DNA from: an uncultured Alphaproteobacteria bacterium
GTDB taxonomy: Bacteria; Pseudomonadota; Alphaproteobacteria; MPNO01; UBA830
NCBI GenBank assembly: GCA_905479125.1
Contig: CAJQLI010000382.1
Span: 1-55,781, forward strand
Direction of reading: 5' to 3'
Length of the DNA: 55,781 nt
This document shows, piece after piece, positions 18,973-29,829 of this stretch. Position 1 is the stretch's first letter, and the number at the start of each line of letters is the position of its first letter. The translations under genes were made by a program, and so were the position numbers. A model generated the notes under the pieces. It was not told the DNA's origin and did not search any database. It saw only the letters and a program-made list of their open reading frames with translations.

Positions 18973-21558
18973 ATGACAGACCAGAAAGAAACCACAGACG
19001 GCAAGAAGAAAAAGCTGTCGCTCTCACGGCCCGGCAAGCTCGAGCTCAACAAGACGGTTGATGCCGGCCAGGTTCGCCAAAGCTTTTCTCACGGTCGCAC
19101 AAAGGCCGTCGCTGTAGAGGTGCGCCGCAAGCGTACCTTCAAGCAGGCCGATGACGGCGCGATGACGGAAATCAGAGATCAGCCCAAGGTCGAAGAGGCC
19201 ACACCCGTCGTTGAGGCCCCCGTCGAACCCGCGGCACCGGTCAAGAAGGCGGATGCACCTGCGCGGACGCTGACGGATCAGGAACGTGCCGCCCGCACGC
19301 GTGCCCTTGAAGGTGCGCGCCAGACCGAGACGGAGATTGCCGAAAGCCGCGCCGAGCGTGAGGCCATGGAAAACCGCCGGCGTGAAGAAGAGGCCCGGCA
19401 GCGCGACGTCGAAGAGCAGCGCCGCAAGGAAGAAGAAGAGCGTCGGCGCGCCGAAGAGGAAGAGCGCCACCGTCTGGACGAAGAGGCCGCGCGCCGCGCC
19501 GCAGAACAGGCTGCCCGACTTGAAACACCCGACCCGAGTGCCGGGGATACCGCGAAGCCGAAAGCCAAGGCCAAAACCGAAGTCCGAGCGCCTGTCGCAG
19601 AGGAAGAGGCCAACCGGGACGGCAAGACCGAGGCCCGTAAACCTGCAGCCCGGCGTGGCGATTCACGCCGCCGTGGCGGCAAGCTGACCATTTCGCAGGC
19701 GCTGAACGATGAAGAACGTCAGCGCAGCCTGGCTTCCGTACGCCGCCAGCGGGAACGTGAAAAGCGTGCAGCATCCGGGCCGAAGGAATCGAAAAAAGTG
19801 TTCCGAGAAGTAATCATTCCAGACACCATCACGGTGCAGGAGCTCGCCAACCGTATGACCGAGCGAGCCGGCGATATCATCAAGGCGCTGATGAATAACG
19901 GTATCATGGCGACGATCACCGAAACGATCGATGCCGAAACCGCGGAACTGGTTGTGACTGAGTTCGGCCATACGCCCAAACGTGTTTCCGAAGCCGATGT
20001 CGAAATCGGCCTCAAGGGCGGCGAAGACAAGGACGACACGAACCTTCAGCCTCGCCCGCCGGTAGTGACAATCATGGGTCATGTCGATCACGGCAAGACG
20101 TCGCTGCTGGACGCGCTTCGGTCGACGGACGTCGTCGCCGGTGAGGCCGGTGGCATCACGCAGCATATCGGTGCCTACCAGGTGCGGATGGCGAGCGGTG
20201 ACAAGATCACGTTCCTCGATACCCCCGGCCATGAAGCGTTCACGGCTATGCGGTCGCGCGGTGCGAATGCTACGGATATCGTCGTGCTCGTGGTAGCTGC
20301 CGATGACGGCATCATGCCGCAGACGGTGGAAGCCATCGATCATGCAAAGGCAGCCGGTGTTCCGATCATCGTTGCGATCAACAAGATGGACCGGCCCGAT
20401 GCGAATGCGGACCGGGTGCATAATGAATTACTGTCGCATGAACTGGTTGTCGAAAATCTCGGCGGCGATGTCCTTACGGTAGAAGTATCGGCGCTGAAGA
20501 GAACCAATCTCGACAAGCTTGAAGAAGCGATCATCCTGCAATCGGAGATCCTCGAAATCCAGGCGAACCCCGATCGTGATGCCGAAGGTGTTGTCGTCGA
20601 AGCGAAGGTAGAAACCGGACGCGGATCCGTTGCCACCGTGCTGGTACAGCGCGGGACACTTAATGTCGGTGATATCGTGGTCGCGGGTGCCGAGTGGGGC
20701 AAGGTGCGCGCGCTCATCGATGACACAGCTGCACGCGTCGATGCGGCGTCGCCGTCCATGCCGGTTGAAATTCTCGGCCTTAACGGCACACCGAACGCGG
20801 GTGACGAATTCGGGGTTGTCGAGAGCGAAGCGCGGGCCCGTGAAATCACGGAATTCCGTCAGCGTCGCAATCGCGATGCCAAGGTCCAGGCGGGTGCCCG
20901 TGGCACGCTGGATCAGATGTTCGACCAGATCCAGGCAGGTGAGGTCAAAGAAATTCCGATCGTCGTCAAGGGTGACGTTCAGGGCTCGGTTGAGGCGATC
21001 CTCCAGAGTGCACACAATCTCGGTACCGACGAAGTATCCGTCCGGGTGCTGCATTCCGGTGTCGGCGCGATCAATGAATCCGATGTCACACTTGCTCAGG
21101 CGTCCGGTGCAATGCTCGTCGGTTTCAACGTCCGCGCCAATGCACAGGCGCGCAGGTTGTCCGAGAGCGAAGGCACGGATATACGCTATTACGCGATCAT
21201 CTATGACCTGGTCGACGATCTGAAATCGATGCTCAGCGGCATGCTGGCACCGCAGATCCGCGAGACTTTCCTGGGCAATGCGGCGATCAAGGAGGTGTTC
21301 AACATCACCAAGGTCGGCCGGGTCGCGGGTTGCGAAGTCACCGAGGGCGTTGTTCGGCGCGGTTCCAGTGTTCGTCTTCTGCGCGACGACGTTGTCATCC
21401 ACGAAGGCAAGCTGTCGACGCTCAAGCGGTTCAAGGATGAAGTGCGTGAAGTCACGCAGGGCTTTGAATGCGGCATGGCGTTCGAGAACTACCAGGATCT
21501 CAAGGCCGGTGACGTCATCGAATGTTTCGATGTCGAGGAAATCGCCCGAACCCTGTAG
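18973..21558 (+). CDS. infB: Translation initiation factor IF-2
   Basis: E/R/A-rich N-terminal region and a GTPase domain ([26 protein letters not shown]). Confidence 0.95.
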   Translation: MTDQKETTDGKKKKLSLSRPGKLELNKTVDAGQVRQSFSHGRTKAVAVEVRRKRTFKQADDGAMTEIRDQPKVEEATPVVEAPVEPAAPVKKADAPARTLTDQERAARTRALEGARQTETEIAESRAEREAMENRRREEEARQRDVEEQRRKEEEERRRAEEEERHRLDEEAARRAAEQAARLETPDPSAGDTAKPKAKAKTEVRAPVAEEEANRDGKTEARKPAARRGDSRRRGGKLTISQALNDEERQRSLASVRRQREREKRAASGPKESKKVFREVIIPDTITVQELANRMTERAGDIIKALMNNGIMATITETIDAETAELVVTEFGHTPKRVSEADVEIGLKGGEDKDDTNLQPRPPVVTIMGHVDHGKTSLLDALRSTDVVAGEAGGITQHIGAYQVRMASGDKITFLDTPGHEAFTAMRSRGANATDIVVLVVAADDGIMPQTVEAIDHAKAAGVPIIVAINKMDRPDANADRVHNELLSHELVVENLGGDVLTVEVSALKRTNLDKLEEAIILQSEILEIQANPDRDAEGVVVEAKVETGRGSVATVLVQRGTLNVGDIVVAGAEWGKVRALIDDTAARVDAASPSMPVEILGLNGTPNAGDEFGVVESEARAREITEFRQRRNRDAKVQAGARGTLDQMFDQIQAGEVKEIPIVVKGDVQGSVEAILQSAHNLGTDEVSVRVLHSGVGAINESDVTLAQASGAMLVGFNVRANAQARRLSESEGTDIRYYAIIYDLVDDLKSMLSGMLAPQIRETFLGNAAIKEVFNITKVGRVAGCEVTEGVVRRGSSVRLLRDDVVIHEGKLSTLKRFKDEVREVTQGFECGMAFENYQDLKAGDVIECFDVEEIARTL

Positions 21559-21619
21559 CGCTCAGTTCGGTATCGGTGCCTGCAGGGCACTACAACAGGT
21601 TATTTAGCGGATTATTGCG

Positions 21620-22063
21620 ATGAAGCGCGGTGAATCTAAGTCCCGTAGCCAGCGGCAGTTGCGTATCGGTGAAGTGATCCGGCATGTCCTGGTCCAGTTG
21701 ATCGATCGTGGCGAAGCGAACGACCCCGGCCTGGACGGTGTTTCCATCACGGTGACCGAGGTCCGCGTCAGCCCTGACCTGCGTAATGCCACGGCGTTTG
21801 TGATGCCGCTTGGCGGGACCGGCAGCGACGAAATCCTGGAAAGCCTGAACCGGGCGGCTCCGTTTTTCCGGCGGCGTGTCGCGGCCGAGGTCGATCTGCG
21901 CCGTCTGCCGTCGCTGTCCTTTGAACTCGATGCCACTTTCGACAATGCGGATCATATCGAGGCTCTGCTGCGAAGCCCGGCGGTTTCCGCCGACGTAACG
22001 GCGCCCCGGGACCCCGATCCAGACCCCGATACAGATATCGATACAGAAAAAGATGGGGCGTAA
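21620..22063 (+). CDS. rbfA: Ribosome-binding factor A
   Basis: QRQLRIGEVIRHVL...VTVTEVRVSPDLRNATAFV is the RbfA pattern, with an acidic DPDPDPDTDID tail. Confidence 0.9.
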   Translation: MKRGESKSRSQRQLRIGEVIRHVLVQLIDRGEANDPGLDGVSITVTEVRVSPDLRNATAFVMPLGGTGSDEILESLNRAAPFFRRRVAAEVDLRRLPSLSFELDATFDNADHIEALLRSPAVSADVTAPRDPDPDPDTDIDTEKDGA

Positions 22064-23024
22064 ACGCCGCGGCAAGCCGATTCACGGCTGGATCGCGGTC
22101 GATAAGGATATCGGCCTGACCTCAACCCAGGTCGTGGGCCGGGTCCGCAGAATTTTCGATGCACAGAAAGCAGGTCATGCGGGTACGCTCGATCCGTTGG
22201 CGACCGGCGTTCTGCCGATAGCGCTGGGTGAAGCGACCAAAACCGTTCCCTATGTAATGGATGGTGCAAAATCCTATCGGTTTACCGCCTGCTTCGGCGA
22301 GGCACGGGATACCGATGATCTGGAAGGCCGTGTTATCGCGACAAGCGATGTCCGCCCCGATGATGCGTCCATACAGGCTGCCCTGCCCGAGTTCACGGGC
22401 ACTGTGTTGCAGGTGCCGCCGGTTTATTCCGCCATCAAGATCGATGGACAGCGGTCCTATAAAATGGCGAGGGACGGGAACGGAGAATTGCCACCGGCCA
22501 GAAACGTCGAAATCAGCCGTTTCGAGCTTGTCGACCGTCTCGATGCAGATCACGCCGTTTTCGAAGTCGATTGCGGAAAAGGGACCTATATCCGGAGCCT
22601 TGCCCGCGATCTGGGGGTCCGTCTCGGGTCGGTCGCGCATGTATCGGAACTGCGCCGCACGCTTTGTGGCCCGTTTTCTGAAAAAGATGCGATTTCGCTG
22701 GATAAACTGGCCGAATCCATGCTATCTGCCCCCCCGCAAGATACCTTGCTGCCCGTCACGACCGCGCTGGACGACATCCCGGCGCTGGCCATGACGGATA
22801 CCCAGACCGACCACCTGCGTCATGGACGCGCGGTCCGGGCGCGAAGCGGCAGTACCATTTTCGTCGATGCGAACCAGTTGGACGCAATATGCGACGGAGA
22901 AGTGCTGTGTGCCATGTCGGGTGATACCCCGGTCGCGCTCGCCCGTCTCGAAGGAGAGGAAATCCGGCCGGTTCGGGTGCTTAACATCGAAGGCGTCCCC
23001 ATGACGGACGCGGAAACGGAGTAA
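22053..23024 (+). CDS. truB: tRNA pseudouridine(55) synthase
   Basis: GWIAVDKDIGLTS...KAGHAGTLDPLATGVLPIALGEATK, including the catalytic Asp motif. Confidence 0.9.
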   Translation: MGRKRRGKPIHGWIAVDKDIGLTSTQVVGRVRRIFDAQKAGHAGTLDPLATGVLPIALGEATKTVPYVMDGAKSYRFTACFGEARDTDDLEGRVIATSDVRPDDASIQAALPEFTGTVLQVPPVYSAIKIDGQRSYKMARDGNGELPPARNVEISRFELVDRLDADHAVFEVDCGKGTYIRSLARDLGVRLGSVAHVSELRRTLCGPFSEKDAISLDKLAESMLSAPPQDTLLPVTTALDDIPALAMTDTQTDHLRHGRAVRARSGSTIFVDANQLDAICDGEVLCAMSGDTPVALARLEGEEIRPVRVLNIEGVPMTDAETE

Positions 23025-23027
23025 ACG

Positions 23028-23297
23028 ATGTCGATTACGCAAGAGCGCAAGACAGAGCTGATTAAAGAATATTCCACCGGCGAGTACGATACCGGTTCGC
23101 CCGAGGTTCAGGTTGCCATCCTGTCGGAACGCATCAGCAACCTCACGGAACATCTCAAAGAACACAAAAAGGATTTCCACTCGCGTCGTGGCCTGCTGAT
23201 GATGGTCGGCCAGAGACGGCGCCTGTTGGATTATCTCAAGCGTAAAGATCAATCACGCTATGAGAAACTGATCGCAAGCCTCGGACTCCGGCGCTGA
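23028..23297 (+). CDS. rpsO: 30S ribosomal protein S15
   Basis: [49 protein letters not shown]. Confidence 0.95.
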   Translation: MSITQERKTELIKEYSTGEYDTGSPEVQVAILSERISNLTEHLKEHKKDFHSRRGLLMMVGQRRRLLDYLKRKDQSRYEKLIASLGLRR

Positions 23298-23319
23298 TCA
23301 GAAGACCGCATTTGATTTG

Positions 23320-23362
23320 ATATGCACACCGGCCTGCGCAATCGCGGGCCGGTGTTGCATAT
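23320..23362 (+). promoter_or_regulatory. Long hairpin in the rpsO-pnp spacer (rpsO terminator or pnp leader processing-type stem)
   Basis: ATATGCACACCGGCC (23320-23334) pairs with GGCCGGTGTTGCATAT (23347-23362) with one bulged T and a 12-nt loop. No T tract follows. The position matches the well-known structured rpsO-pnp leader of other bacteria. Confidence 0.5.
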
Positions 23363-23511
23363 AAGCGAATGTGGATAAACGGTCGCGGCCATGGGGGTCG
23401 CGCATGAAAGTCCGGCAAGGGTCGAACGCCCGCCGGCCGCATCAATGCACATTGCCGATGCGAAACCGGCCCGGCCACGTAGGGTGGCGGGCTTAGGAAG
23501 GAATGTAAGAT

Positions 23512-25650
23512 ATGTTCACCGAACACCGTAAAGAAATTCAATGGGGCGGTCGTCCGCTCATCATCGAAACCGGGAAAATTGCCCGGCAGGCCGACGGGGC
23601 CGTCATGGTCACCTATGGCGAAACCAAGGTACTCTGCACCGCTGTGGCGCAGAAAGCGCCGAAGCCGGGGATCGATTTTTTCCCGCTGACGATCAACTAC
23701 CAGGAAAAGACATTTGCCGCCGGTAAAATCCCGGGTGGCTTTTTCAAGCGCGAAGGCCGTCCATCCGAAAAGGAAACGCTGACGTCTCGCCTTATTGACC
23801 GTCCGTTGCGTCCTCTGTTCGCCGGTGGTTTCCGGAATGAAACTCAGGTGATCTGCACCGTGATGGCGCATGACCTTGAAAACGATCCAGATATCGCTGC
23901 GCTCGTCGGCTCGTCTGCGGCGCTGACCATTTCGGGTATCCCGTTCATGGGCCCGATAGGTGCTGCCCGCGTCGCCTATATCGACGGCGAATACGTCCTG
24001 AACCCGCTTCAGGAACAGATGGCCGATACTGACCTCGACATGATCGTGGCCGGCACGGCAAACGCGGTCAACATGGTGGAATCGGAAGCCAACGAGCTTT
24101 CCGAGGATGTCATGCTGGGTGCTGTGATGTTTGCCCATAAAGGATTCCAGCCTGTCATCGACATGATCGTCGAGCTGGCGGAACTCTGCGCGAAGGAGCC
24201 CTGGGACATTCCCCAGGCGCCCGACGATGAAGCAGCGCTGCTTGCACGGGTCAGCGGAGCGGCAGAAGCCGGCCTCCGTGACGCCTACAAGGAGACCGTC
24301 AAGCAGGCGCGTGTCGAAAAGATCGGCGCCGCCAAATCCGCCGCGATGGAAGCATTCGCCGATGATGACGACAGCATTCAGGAACGTGCCAAGGGCATGC
24401 TGAAGACTGTCGAAAAAGACATCGTCCGGAACGCCATCCTTGATACCAAGCAGCGTATCGACGGTCGTGATCTTGAAACCGTTCGGCCGATTGCGTCCGA
24501 GGTTGGCATCCTGCCGCGTGCACATGGCTCTGCCTTGTTCACCCGGGGTGAAACCCAGGCGCTCGTCACCGCGACGCTCGGAACCGGCCAGGACGAGCAG
24601 ATCATCGATGCGCTTGAAGGCGAATATCGCGAAAACTTCCTGCTGCACTACAACTTCCCTCCCTACTCGGTTGGTGAAGCCAGCTTCCTGCGGTCTCCGG
24701 GCCGTCGTGAAATCGGTCATGGAAAGCTCGCCTGGCGTGCCATTCGTGCTCTGCTGCCGGCCAAGGAAGACTTCCCCTACACGATGCGCATCGTGTCGGA
24801 AGTCACGGAATCCAACGGCTCGTCTTCAATGGCGACTGTTTGCGGCACATCATTGTCGCTGATGGATGCGGGTGTTCCGCTGCGCCGTCCGTGTGCGGGT
24901 ATTGCCATGGGTCTCATCAAGGAAGACGAACGCTTCGCCGTTTTGTCCGATATCCTCGGCGACGAGGATCATCTTGGAGACATGGACTTCAAGGTTGCCG
25001 GTACCGAGGAAGGCATCACTGCTCTCCAGATGGATATCAAGATCACCGGTATCACCGAGGAAATCATGCAGGTCGCACTCGGCCAGGCCAAGGGCGGCCG
25101 CATGCACATCCTGGGCGAGATGGCAGCAGCGCTGACATCGGGCCGTGAAGAAGTCAGTGACTTCGCACCGCGGATTACGACCTTCCAGATTCCGAAGGAC
25201 AAGATCCGCGAAGTTATCGGCACCGGTGGCAAGGTTATTCGCGAAATCTGCGATGAAACCGGCGCAAAGGTCGATATTGAGGATGACGGTACGATCAAAG
25301 TCTCGTCGGTTGATAACGCTGCTGCCGAAGCTGCAGTCAACTGGATCAAGGGCATCGTTGCCGAGCCGGAAATCGGCGTGATCTACACCGGTAAAGTGGT
25401 GAAGGTTGTCGATTTCGGCGCATTCGTGAACTTCATGGGCTCCCGCGACGGTCTGGTGCATATTTCCGAACTGGAAAATCGCCGGGTCGACAAGGTCACC
25501 GATGTGGTCAACGAAGGCGACCAGGTCAAGGTCAAGGTCCTGGCGGTCGATGACCGCGGAAAGGTTCGCCTGTCGATGAAAGTCGTCAATCAGGAAACCG
25601 GCGAAGACCTGTCCGACAAAAAAGAAGAAGAAGCCGCTACCGACGCCTGA
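23512..25650 (+). CDS. pnp: Polyribonucleotide nucleotidyltransferase (PNPase)
   Basis: Two RNase PH domains, a KH domain ([15 protein letters not shown]) and an S1 domain ([15 protein letters not shown]). Confidence 0.95.
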   Translation: MFTEHRKEIQWGGRPLIIETGKIARQADGAVMVTYGETKVLCTAVAQKAPKPGIDFFPLTINYQEKTFAAGKIPGGFFKREGRPSEKETLTSRLIDRPLRPLFAGGFRNETQVICTVMAHDLENDPDIAALVGSSAALTISGIPFMGPIGAARVAYIDGEYVLNPLQEQMADTDLDMIVAGTANAVNMVESEANELSEDVMLGAVMFAHKGFQPVIDMIVELAELCAKEPWDIPQAPDDEAALLARVSGAAEAGLRDAYKETVKQARVEKIGAAKSAAMEAFADDDDSIQERAKGMLKTVEKDIVRNAILDTKQRIDGRDLETVRPIASEVGILPRAHGSALFTRGETQALVTATLGTGQDEQIIDALEGEYRENFLLHYNFPPYSVGEASFLRSPGRREIGHGKLAWRAIRALLPAKEDFPYTMRIVSEVTESNGSSSMATVCGTSLSLMDAGVPLRRPCAGIAMGLIKEDERFAVLSDILGDEDHLGDMDFKVAGTEEGITALQMDIKITGITEEIMQVALGQAKGGRMHILGEMAAALTSGREEVSDFAPRITTFQIPKDKIREVIGTGGKVIREICDETGAKVDIEDDGTIKVSSVDNAAAEAAVNWIKGIVAEPEIGVIYTGKVVKVVDFGAFVNFMGSRDGLVHISELENRRVDKVTDVVNEGDQVKVKVLAVDDRGKVRLSMKVVNQETGEDLSDKKEEEAATDA

Positions 25651-25782
25651 TCGGTAACTTCGAAAAACGTGCTCCAGTCCCGGACGGTGAAATTAAATCA
25701 CTGTCCGGTACTGGCCGTTTCGGAAACCCTTCATATAATAGTAGTCATACGGCATGTGTCCGGGAGATAGATTCTGAAACCG

Positions 25783-27171
25783 TTGCAACCGCTTGTCATT
25801 TCGGGCAAGGAGGTCGCCCCTCTCGTGGAGGGCGGCAAAGGCATCGCTGTATCTAATGGCGAAAGCTCGGGCGCGTGGGCGGCGACGGGCGGGGTTGGCA
25901 CGTTCTCCGGCGTGAATGCAGATTCCTATGACGAAAACGGCAATATCATTCCACTTGCCTATCAGGGGCGAACACGGCGTGACCGGCACGAAGAATTATT
26001 GGCCTATGCAATTCAGGGTGGCATTGCCCAGGCGCGTATAGCCCATGATGTTTCCGGCGGCGAAGGCCGGCTTCACATGAATGTTCTTTGGGAAATGGGC
26101 GGCGCGGAAAGGGTTCTGCGCGGGGTCCTTGGCGGGGCCAAGGGTCTTATCCATGGCGTTACCTGTGGCGCGGGTATGCCCTACAAGATTGCTGAGATTT
26201 CAGCCGAATACGGCGTCTATTATTACCCGATTGTCTCGTCGGCCCGGGCGTTTCGCGCGTTGTGGAAAAGAGCGTATCACAAGTTCCCCGAATGGCTCGG
26301 CGGCGTGGTCTATGAAGATCCGTGGCGTGCCGGTGGCCATAACGGGCTGTCGAACAGTGAAGACCCGAATGTTCCTGAAGATCCGCGCCCGCGTGTGGCG
26401 GAGCTGCGCAAGGTCATGAACGATCTGGGCCTGAATTCCGTGCCGATCGTTATGGCCGGCGGCGTATGGTATATGCGCGACTGGGCAGACTGGATCGAAG
26501 ACCCGGATGTGGCGCCGGTCGCTTTTCAGTTCGGCACGAGGCCGCTGCTGACCCAGGAAAGTCCGATTTCCAAGGAATGGAAGACCCGCCTGCTCACCCT
26601 CGAGGAGGGCGACATCTTCCTCAATAAATTCAGCCCGACGGGGTTCTATTCTTCGGCGGTACGCAATCCGTTTCTCCGCGAACTGAAGGGCCGTTCCGAC
26701 CGTCAGATCGCGTTTGTCGAGGAAGCAGAGGGCGACCTGCACCATGAATTCAAGATCGGTGCGCGTGGTCGCCAGATTTTCGTCACTGCCTCTGACAAGG
26801 CGCTTGCCGAGAAATGGGTGTCCGAAGGATATACAGACGGTCTACGGACTCCTGATTCGACCGTGATCTTCGTGTCGGCGGAAAAGAGCAAGGAAATCCA
26901 GAAGGACCAGTCAGACTGCATGGGGTGTCTGTCGCAGTGCCAGTTTTCCAACTGGGCACAGAACGAAGCGGCGACGACCGGTCGGCGGCCGGATCCGCGC
27001 TCATACTGCATCCAGAAAACACTGCAGGATATCGTCCATGGCGACCCGGTCGATGACCAGCTGATGTTCGCGGGCCATAACGCATTCAAGTTCAAGGACG
27101 ATCCGTTCTATTCGAACGGGTTCATTCCCACCGTGAAGGAACTGATCGACCGGCTGCATACCGGCGATTAG
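25783..27171 (+). CDS. Nitronate monooxygenase / 2-nitropropane dioxygenase-like FMN oxidoreductase (long form)
   Basis: EGGKGIAVSNG..., GVTCGAGMP and MAGGVW are TIM-barrel NMO-like blocks. TTG start, so the start is uncertain. Confidence 0.65.
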   Translation: MQPLVISGKEVAPLVEGGKGIAVSNGESSGAWAATGGVGTFSGVNADSYDENGNIIPLAYQGRTRRDRHEELLAYAIQGGIAQARIAHDVSGGEGRLHMNVLWEMGGAERVLRGVLGGAKGLIHGVTCGAGMPYKIAEISAEYGVYYYPIVSSARAFRALWKRAYHKFPEWLGGVVYEDPWRAGGHNGLSNSEDPNVPEDPRPRVAELRKVMNDLGLNSVPIVMAGGVWYMRDWADWIEDPDVAPVAFQFGTRPLLTQESPISKEWKTRLLTLEEGDIFLNKFSPTGFYSSAVRNPFLRELKGRSDRQIAFVEEAEGDLHHEFKIGARGRQIFVTASDKALAEKWVSEGYTDGLRTPDSTVIFVSAEKSKEIQKDQSDCMGCLSQCQFSNWAQNEAATTGRRPDPRSYCIQKTLQDIVHGDPVDDQLMFAGHNAFKFKDDPFYSNGFIPTVKELIDRLHTGD

Positions 27172-27202
27172 CAACTCTTTCCGCCGGTTCAGGCAGTTAT
27201 AG

Positions 27203-27219
27203 TTTGGATTAATTCCAAA
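27203..27219. promoter_or_regulatory. Irr-box (iron control element)-like palindrome upstream of irr
   Basis: TTTGGATTAATTCCAAA has perfectly complementary 6-nt arms (TTTGGA / TCCAAA). It resembles the rhizobial ICE consensus TTTAGAA-N3-TTCTAAA as I remember it. Confidence 0.45.
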
Positions 27220-27284
27220 TGTCGGGTTTGCGCCTTGTGTTTTTTAGGCTTTAAAATTTCCGTCAGACGTCCTATATCTAACTC

Positions 27285-27716
27285 ATGACTGAGAACACTT
27301 CTCATACCCGGCCGTATTCAGGCGTGATTGCGCATCTGAAACAGGCAGGCCTTCGGCCTACCCGGCAGCGTATTGCCTTGGCAAAACTGCTGTTTGAGGG
27401 CGAAAACCGCCACGTTACCGCCGAAGATCTTCATGCGGAAGCGCGTGCCGCTGGTGTCAGCGTTTCTCTCGCAACGATTTATAACTCCCTGCACCAGTTT
27501 ACCGATGCCGGGATCATGCGGGAGGTCGTGGTAGAGGCCGGGCGGTCTTACTTCGATACCAATACCGGTGATCATCATCATTTTTTCCATGAAGATACCG
27601 GTTCCCTCGAAGATATCCCGACTGAGTTGATCAACGTGTCCGCATTGCCGGCTGCCCCCCAGGGTAAGTCGGTCCAGCGTGTAGACGTGATCGTGCGGGT
27701 GAGCGCCGACGACTGA
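27285..27716 (+). CDS. irr: Fur-family iron response regulator, Irr type
   Basis: GLRPTRQRIALAKLLF...SLATIYNSLHQFTDAGIMREV...DTNTGDHHHFFHEDTG. The HHH motif followed by FF is typical of Irr. The protein has no Cys, so it has no heme-regulatory CP motif. Confidence 0.75.
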   Translation: MTENTSHTRPYSGVIAHLKQAGLRPTRQRIALAKLLFEGENRHVTAEDLHAEARAAGVSVSLATIYNSLHQFTDAGIMREVVVEAGRSYFDTNTGDHHHFFHEDTGSLEDIPTELINVSALPAAPQGKSVQRVDVIVRVSADD

Positions 27717-27742
27717 GGTCGCATATCGGCGCGGCTCTCGTT

Positions 27743-27759
27743 TCTGGAATAATTCTAAA
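27743..27759. promoter_or_regulatory. Second Irr-box-like element, abutting the rubrerythrin promoter
   Basis: TCTGGAATAATTCTAAA has a right half identical to the ICE half-site TTCTAAA. It shares 13/15 positions (TGGAWTAATTCYAAA) with the box at 27203. Confidence 0.5.
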
Positions 27760-27762
27760 CTA

Positions 27763-27791
27763 TTGACGGCGGGCGGTGTCCAGCCTATATA
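27763..27791 (+). promoter_or_regulatory. Sigma-70-like promoter for the rubrerythrin operon
   Basis: TTGACG (27763-27768), a 17-nt spacer, then TATATA (27786-27791). This would give a 5' UTR of about 120 nt containing a 7-bp stem (CGGTCCG/CGGACCG, 27825-27846). Confidence 0.45.
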
Positions 27792-27915
27792 AAGTGTGGG
27801 CGCCAGCCAATGCGGCTGTAAGCCCGGTCCGGCAGGAAACGGACCGCGGGACGCATACCATTGTGACCCCGCATAACAAAGCGACTGACTTTATAACCAG
27901 AACAAGGAGTGTGAC

Positions 27916-28335
27916 ATGCCGTCACTTGGTGGAACAAAGACCGAAAACAACCTGAAAGAGGCTTTTGCCGGCGAATCCCAGGCTAATCGCCGCTATCTCT
28001 ATTTTGCACAGAAGGCCGATGTTGAAGGCTACAATGACGTTGCAGCCGTTTTCCGGTCCACCGCGGAAGGTGAAACCGGCCATGCGCATGGACATCTCGA
28101 ATATCTCGAAGAAACCGGCGACCCCGCAACGGGACAGCCCATCGGTTCGACCGAGAATAACCTGAAAGCGGCTGTCGCCGGCGAAACCCACGAATACACC
28201 GATATGTATCCGGGCATGGCGCGCGAAGCCCGTGACGAAGGTTTCGACGAAATCGCAGATTGGTTCGAGACCCTTGCCAAGGCCGAACGCTCTCATGCGG
28301 GACGTTTCCAGAAGGCGCTTAACGACCTCGATTAA
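27916..28335 (+). CDS. Rubrerythrin-family diiron protein (ferritin-like domain only, no rubredoxin domain)
   Basis: [23 protein letters not shown]...[10 protein letters not shown] and the second half [18 protein letters not shown]...ERSHAGRF form the paired ExxH diiron motifs. AGGAG lies upstream of the ATG. Confidence 0.85.
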   Translation: MPSLGGTKTENNLKEAFAGESQANRRYLYFAQKADVEGYNDVAAVFRSTAEGETGHAHGHLEYLEETGDPATGQPIGSTENNLKAAVAGETHEYTDMYPGMAREARDEGFDEIADWFETLAKAERSHAGRFQKALNDLD

Positions 28336-28469
28336 TCCGACCAGCCACCGGCTCCGTCAGGGGCCGGTGGTTGCGGTCGCATCCAGACGGCACAACGCAA
28401 GCTGCGTGACAGTGTTGCCCGATAGATGCGCAGAACCACAAAAATATTCATTCAAAACGAGGTCGACCG

Positions 28470-29828
28470 ATGTCTGAAGGCAGCCTGGGTGCGCCGGAAC
28501 GCCATCCCATCCCGTGGCAGGAACCGGATTTCTATGACGAAGAAAAACTGGACGCAGAGTTGCGCCGCCAGTTCGACGTCTGCCATGGCTGTCGCCGTTG
28601 CCACAATCTGTGCGACTCGTTCCCGCTTCTCTTCGATCTGATCGATGAGGCCGAAAGCATGGAACTCGACACGGTAGATTCAAAGGATTTCAAACCGGTC
28701 ATCGATGCCTGCACCCTGTGTGATATGTGCTTTTTGACCAAGTGTCCTTACGTGCCACCTCATGAATTCAACCTCGATGTTCCACATCTGATGCTGCGTT
28801 ATCGCGCCGTGGAACTTAAAAAGGGCGATGTACCGTTCGTCGCAAAACAGATCTCGAAGACCGACCGGAACGGCAAGCTGGCCGGTGCTGTCGCCCCGCT
28901 GTCCAACTGGGCGACCCGCACTGAAAATAAGCTCACGCGCCCGGTTATGCAGGCTGCGACGGGGATCGATGCCAAGGCCGCGCTGCCCAAATTCCACAGC
29001 AAGACCCTGACCGACAGGGTGAAAAGCGACGCACCGCCGCGCAACGCGCAAGCGCCGGCCGCCGCCCGCAAGGCTGTTGTCTACGGTACCTGTTTCGTCA
29101 ATTACAACGATCCTGCCATGGGCATGGATGCGCTCGAAGTGCTGGCGCAGAACGGTGTCGAAACCGAAGTTCTCCACCCTGCCTGTTGCGGCATGCCAAT
29201 GCTTGAGCATGGTGATATTCCGGCTGTTGCGGAGGCCGCCAGAAAAGTTGCGGCTGAATTCAAGCCGTGGATCGAAAAGGGCTATGACGTTGTCGCGCTG
29301 ACGCCGAGTTGTTCTCTGATGCTGAAATTCGAATGGCCGCTGATCCTGCCCGATGACCCGGATATCAAGTTGCTCTCGGAAGCGACCCAGGACATCAGCC
29401 AGTATGTCGTCGACATTTCAAAAAACGAGGGACTGGCCGAAGGTATGCAGCCTCTGGACGGACCGGTGACCGTGCACCTCGCCTGCCATTCCCGCGCCCA
29501 GAATATGGGTCAGAAGGCGGCCGAACTGTTACGGCTGATTCCGGAGGCTGATGTGAACGTGATTGAACGTTGTTCGGGGCATGGAGGTTCCTGGGGCATG
29601 ATGAAGGACAATTTCGAGACGGCGATCAAGGTCGGCAGACCCGCTGCGCGTAAGGCGCTTGAAAATGTTCCGAAATACGTTGTGTCGGAATGCCCGCTTG
29701 CGGGCCTTCATATTCTGCAGGGAATGGAACGGCTCGCCGAAAAGGAAACGCCGCCACCGGCGGTGCCGGTTCACGCGCCTCATCCGGTGCAGTTGCTGGC
29801 CCAGGCCTATCGGCACGAAAGGAAATAA
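28470..29828 (+). CDS. (Fe-S)-binding oxidoreductase, HdrD/GlpC-like, with two 4Fe-4S motifs and Cys-rich CCG-type domains
   Basis: CHGCRRCHNLC and CTLCDMCFLTKCP ferredoxin-type motifs, then ACCGMP and CSGHGG Cys-rich repeats. Confidence 0.75.
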   Translation: MSEGSLGAPERHPIPWQEPDFYDEEKLDAELRRQFDVCHGCRRCHNLCDSFPLLFDLIDEAESMELDTVDSKDFKPVIDACTLCDMCFLTKCPYVPPHEFNLDVPHLMLRYRAVELKKGDVPFVAKQISKTDRNGKLAGAVAPLSNWATRTENKLTRPVMQAATGIDAKAALPKFHSKTLTDRVKSDAPPRNAQAPAAARKAVVYGTCFVNYNDPAMGMDALEVLAQNGVETEVLHPACCGMPMLEHGDIPAVAEAARKVAAEFKPWIEKGYDVVALTPSCSLMLKFEWPLILPDDPDIKLLSEATQDISQYVVDISKNEGLAEGMQPLDGPVTVHLACHSRAQNMGQKAAELLRLIPEADVNVIERCSGHGGSWGMMKDNFETAIKVGRPAARKALENVPKYVVSECPLAGLHILQGMERLAEKETPPPAVPVHAPHPVQLLAQAYRHERK

Positions 29829-29829
29829 G

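Noticed and set aside
23370-23378. A perfect DnaA box TGTGGATAA in the rpsO-pnp spacer.
   Set aside because: It is a single isolated 9-mer. About 0.4 occurrences of a given 9-mer (both strands) are expected by chance in 56 kb, and there are no neighbouring boxes.
23236-24720. A very long ORF (494 aa) on the minus strand. Similar long ORFs occur at 40222..41379 (+), 20428..21402 (-), 45313..46266 (-), 52598..53566 (-), 16464..17351 (-), 9423..10151 (-) and 6002..6733 (-).
   Set aside because: Each lies antisense to an unmistakable conserved gene (pnp, ubiB, infB, dnaA, PBP, nusA, phoH, olsB). Each also has the Arg/Gly/Pro/His-rich composition typical of open antisense frames in GC-rich DNA, and none shows a recognisable protein motif.
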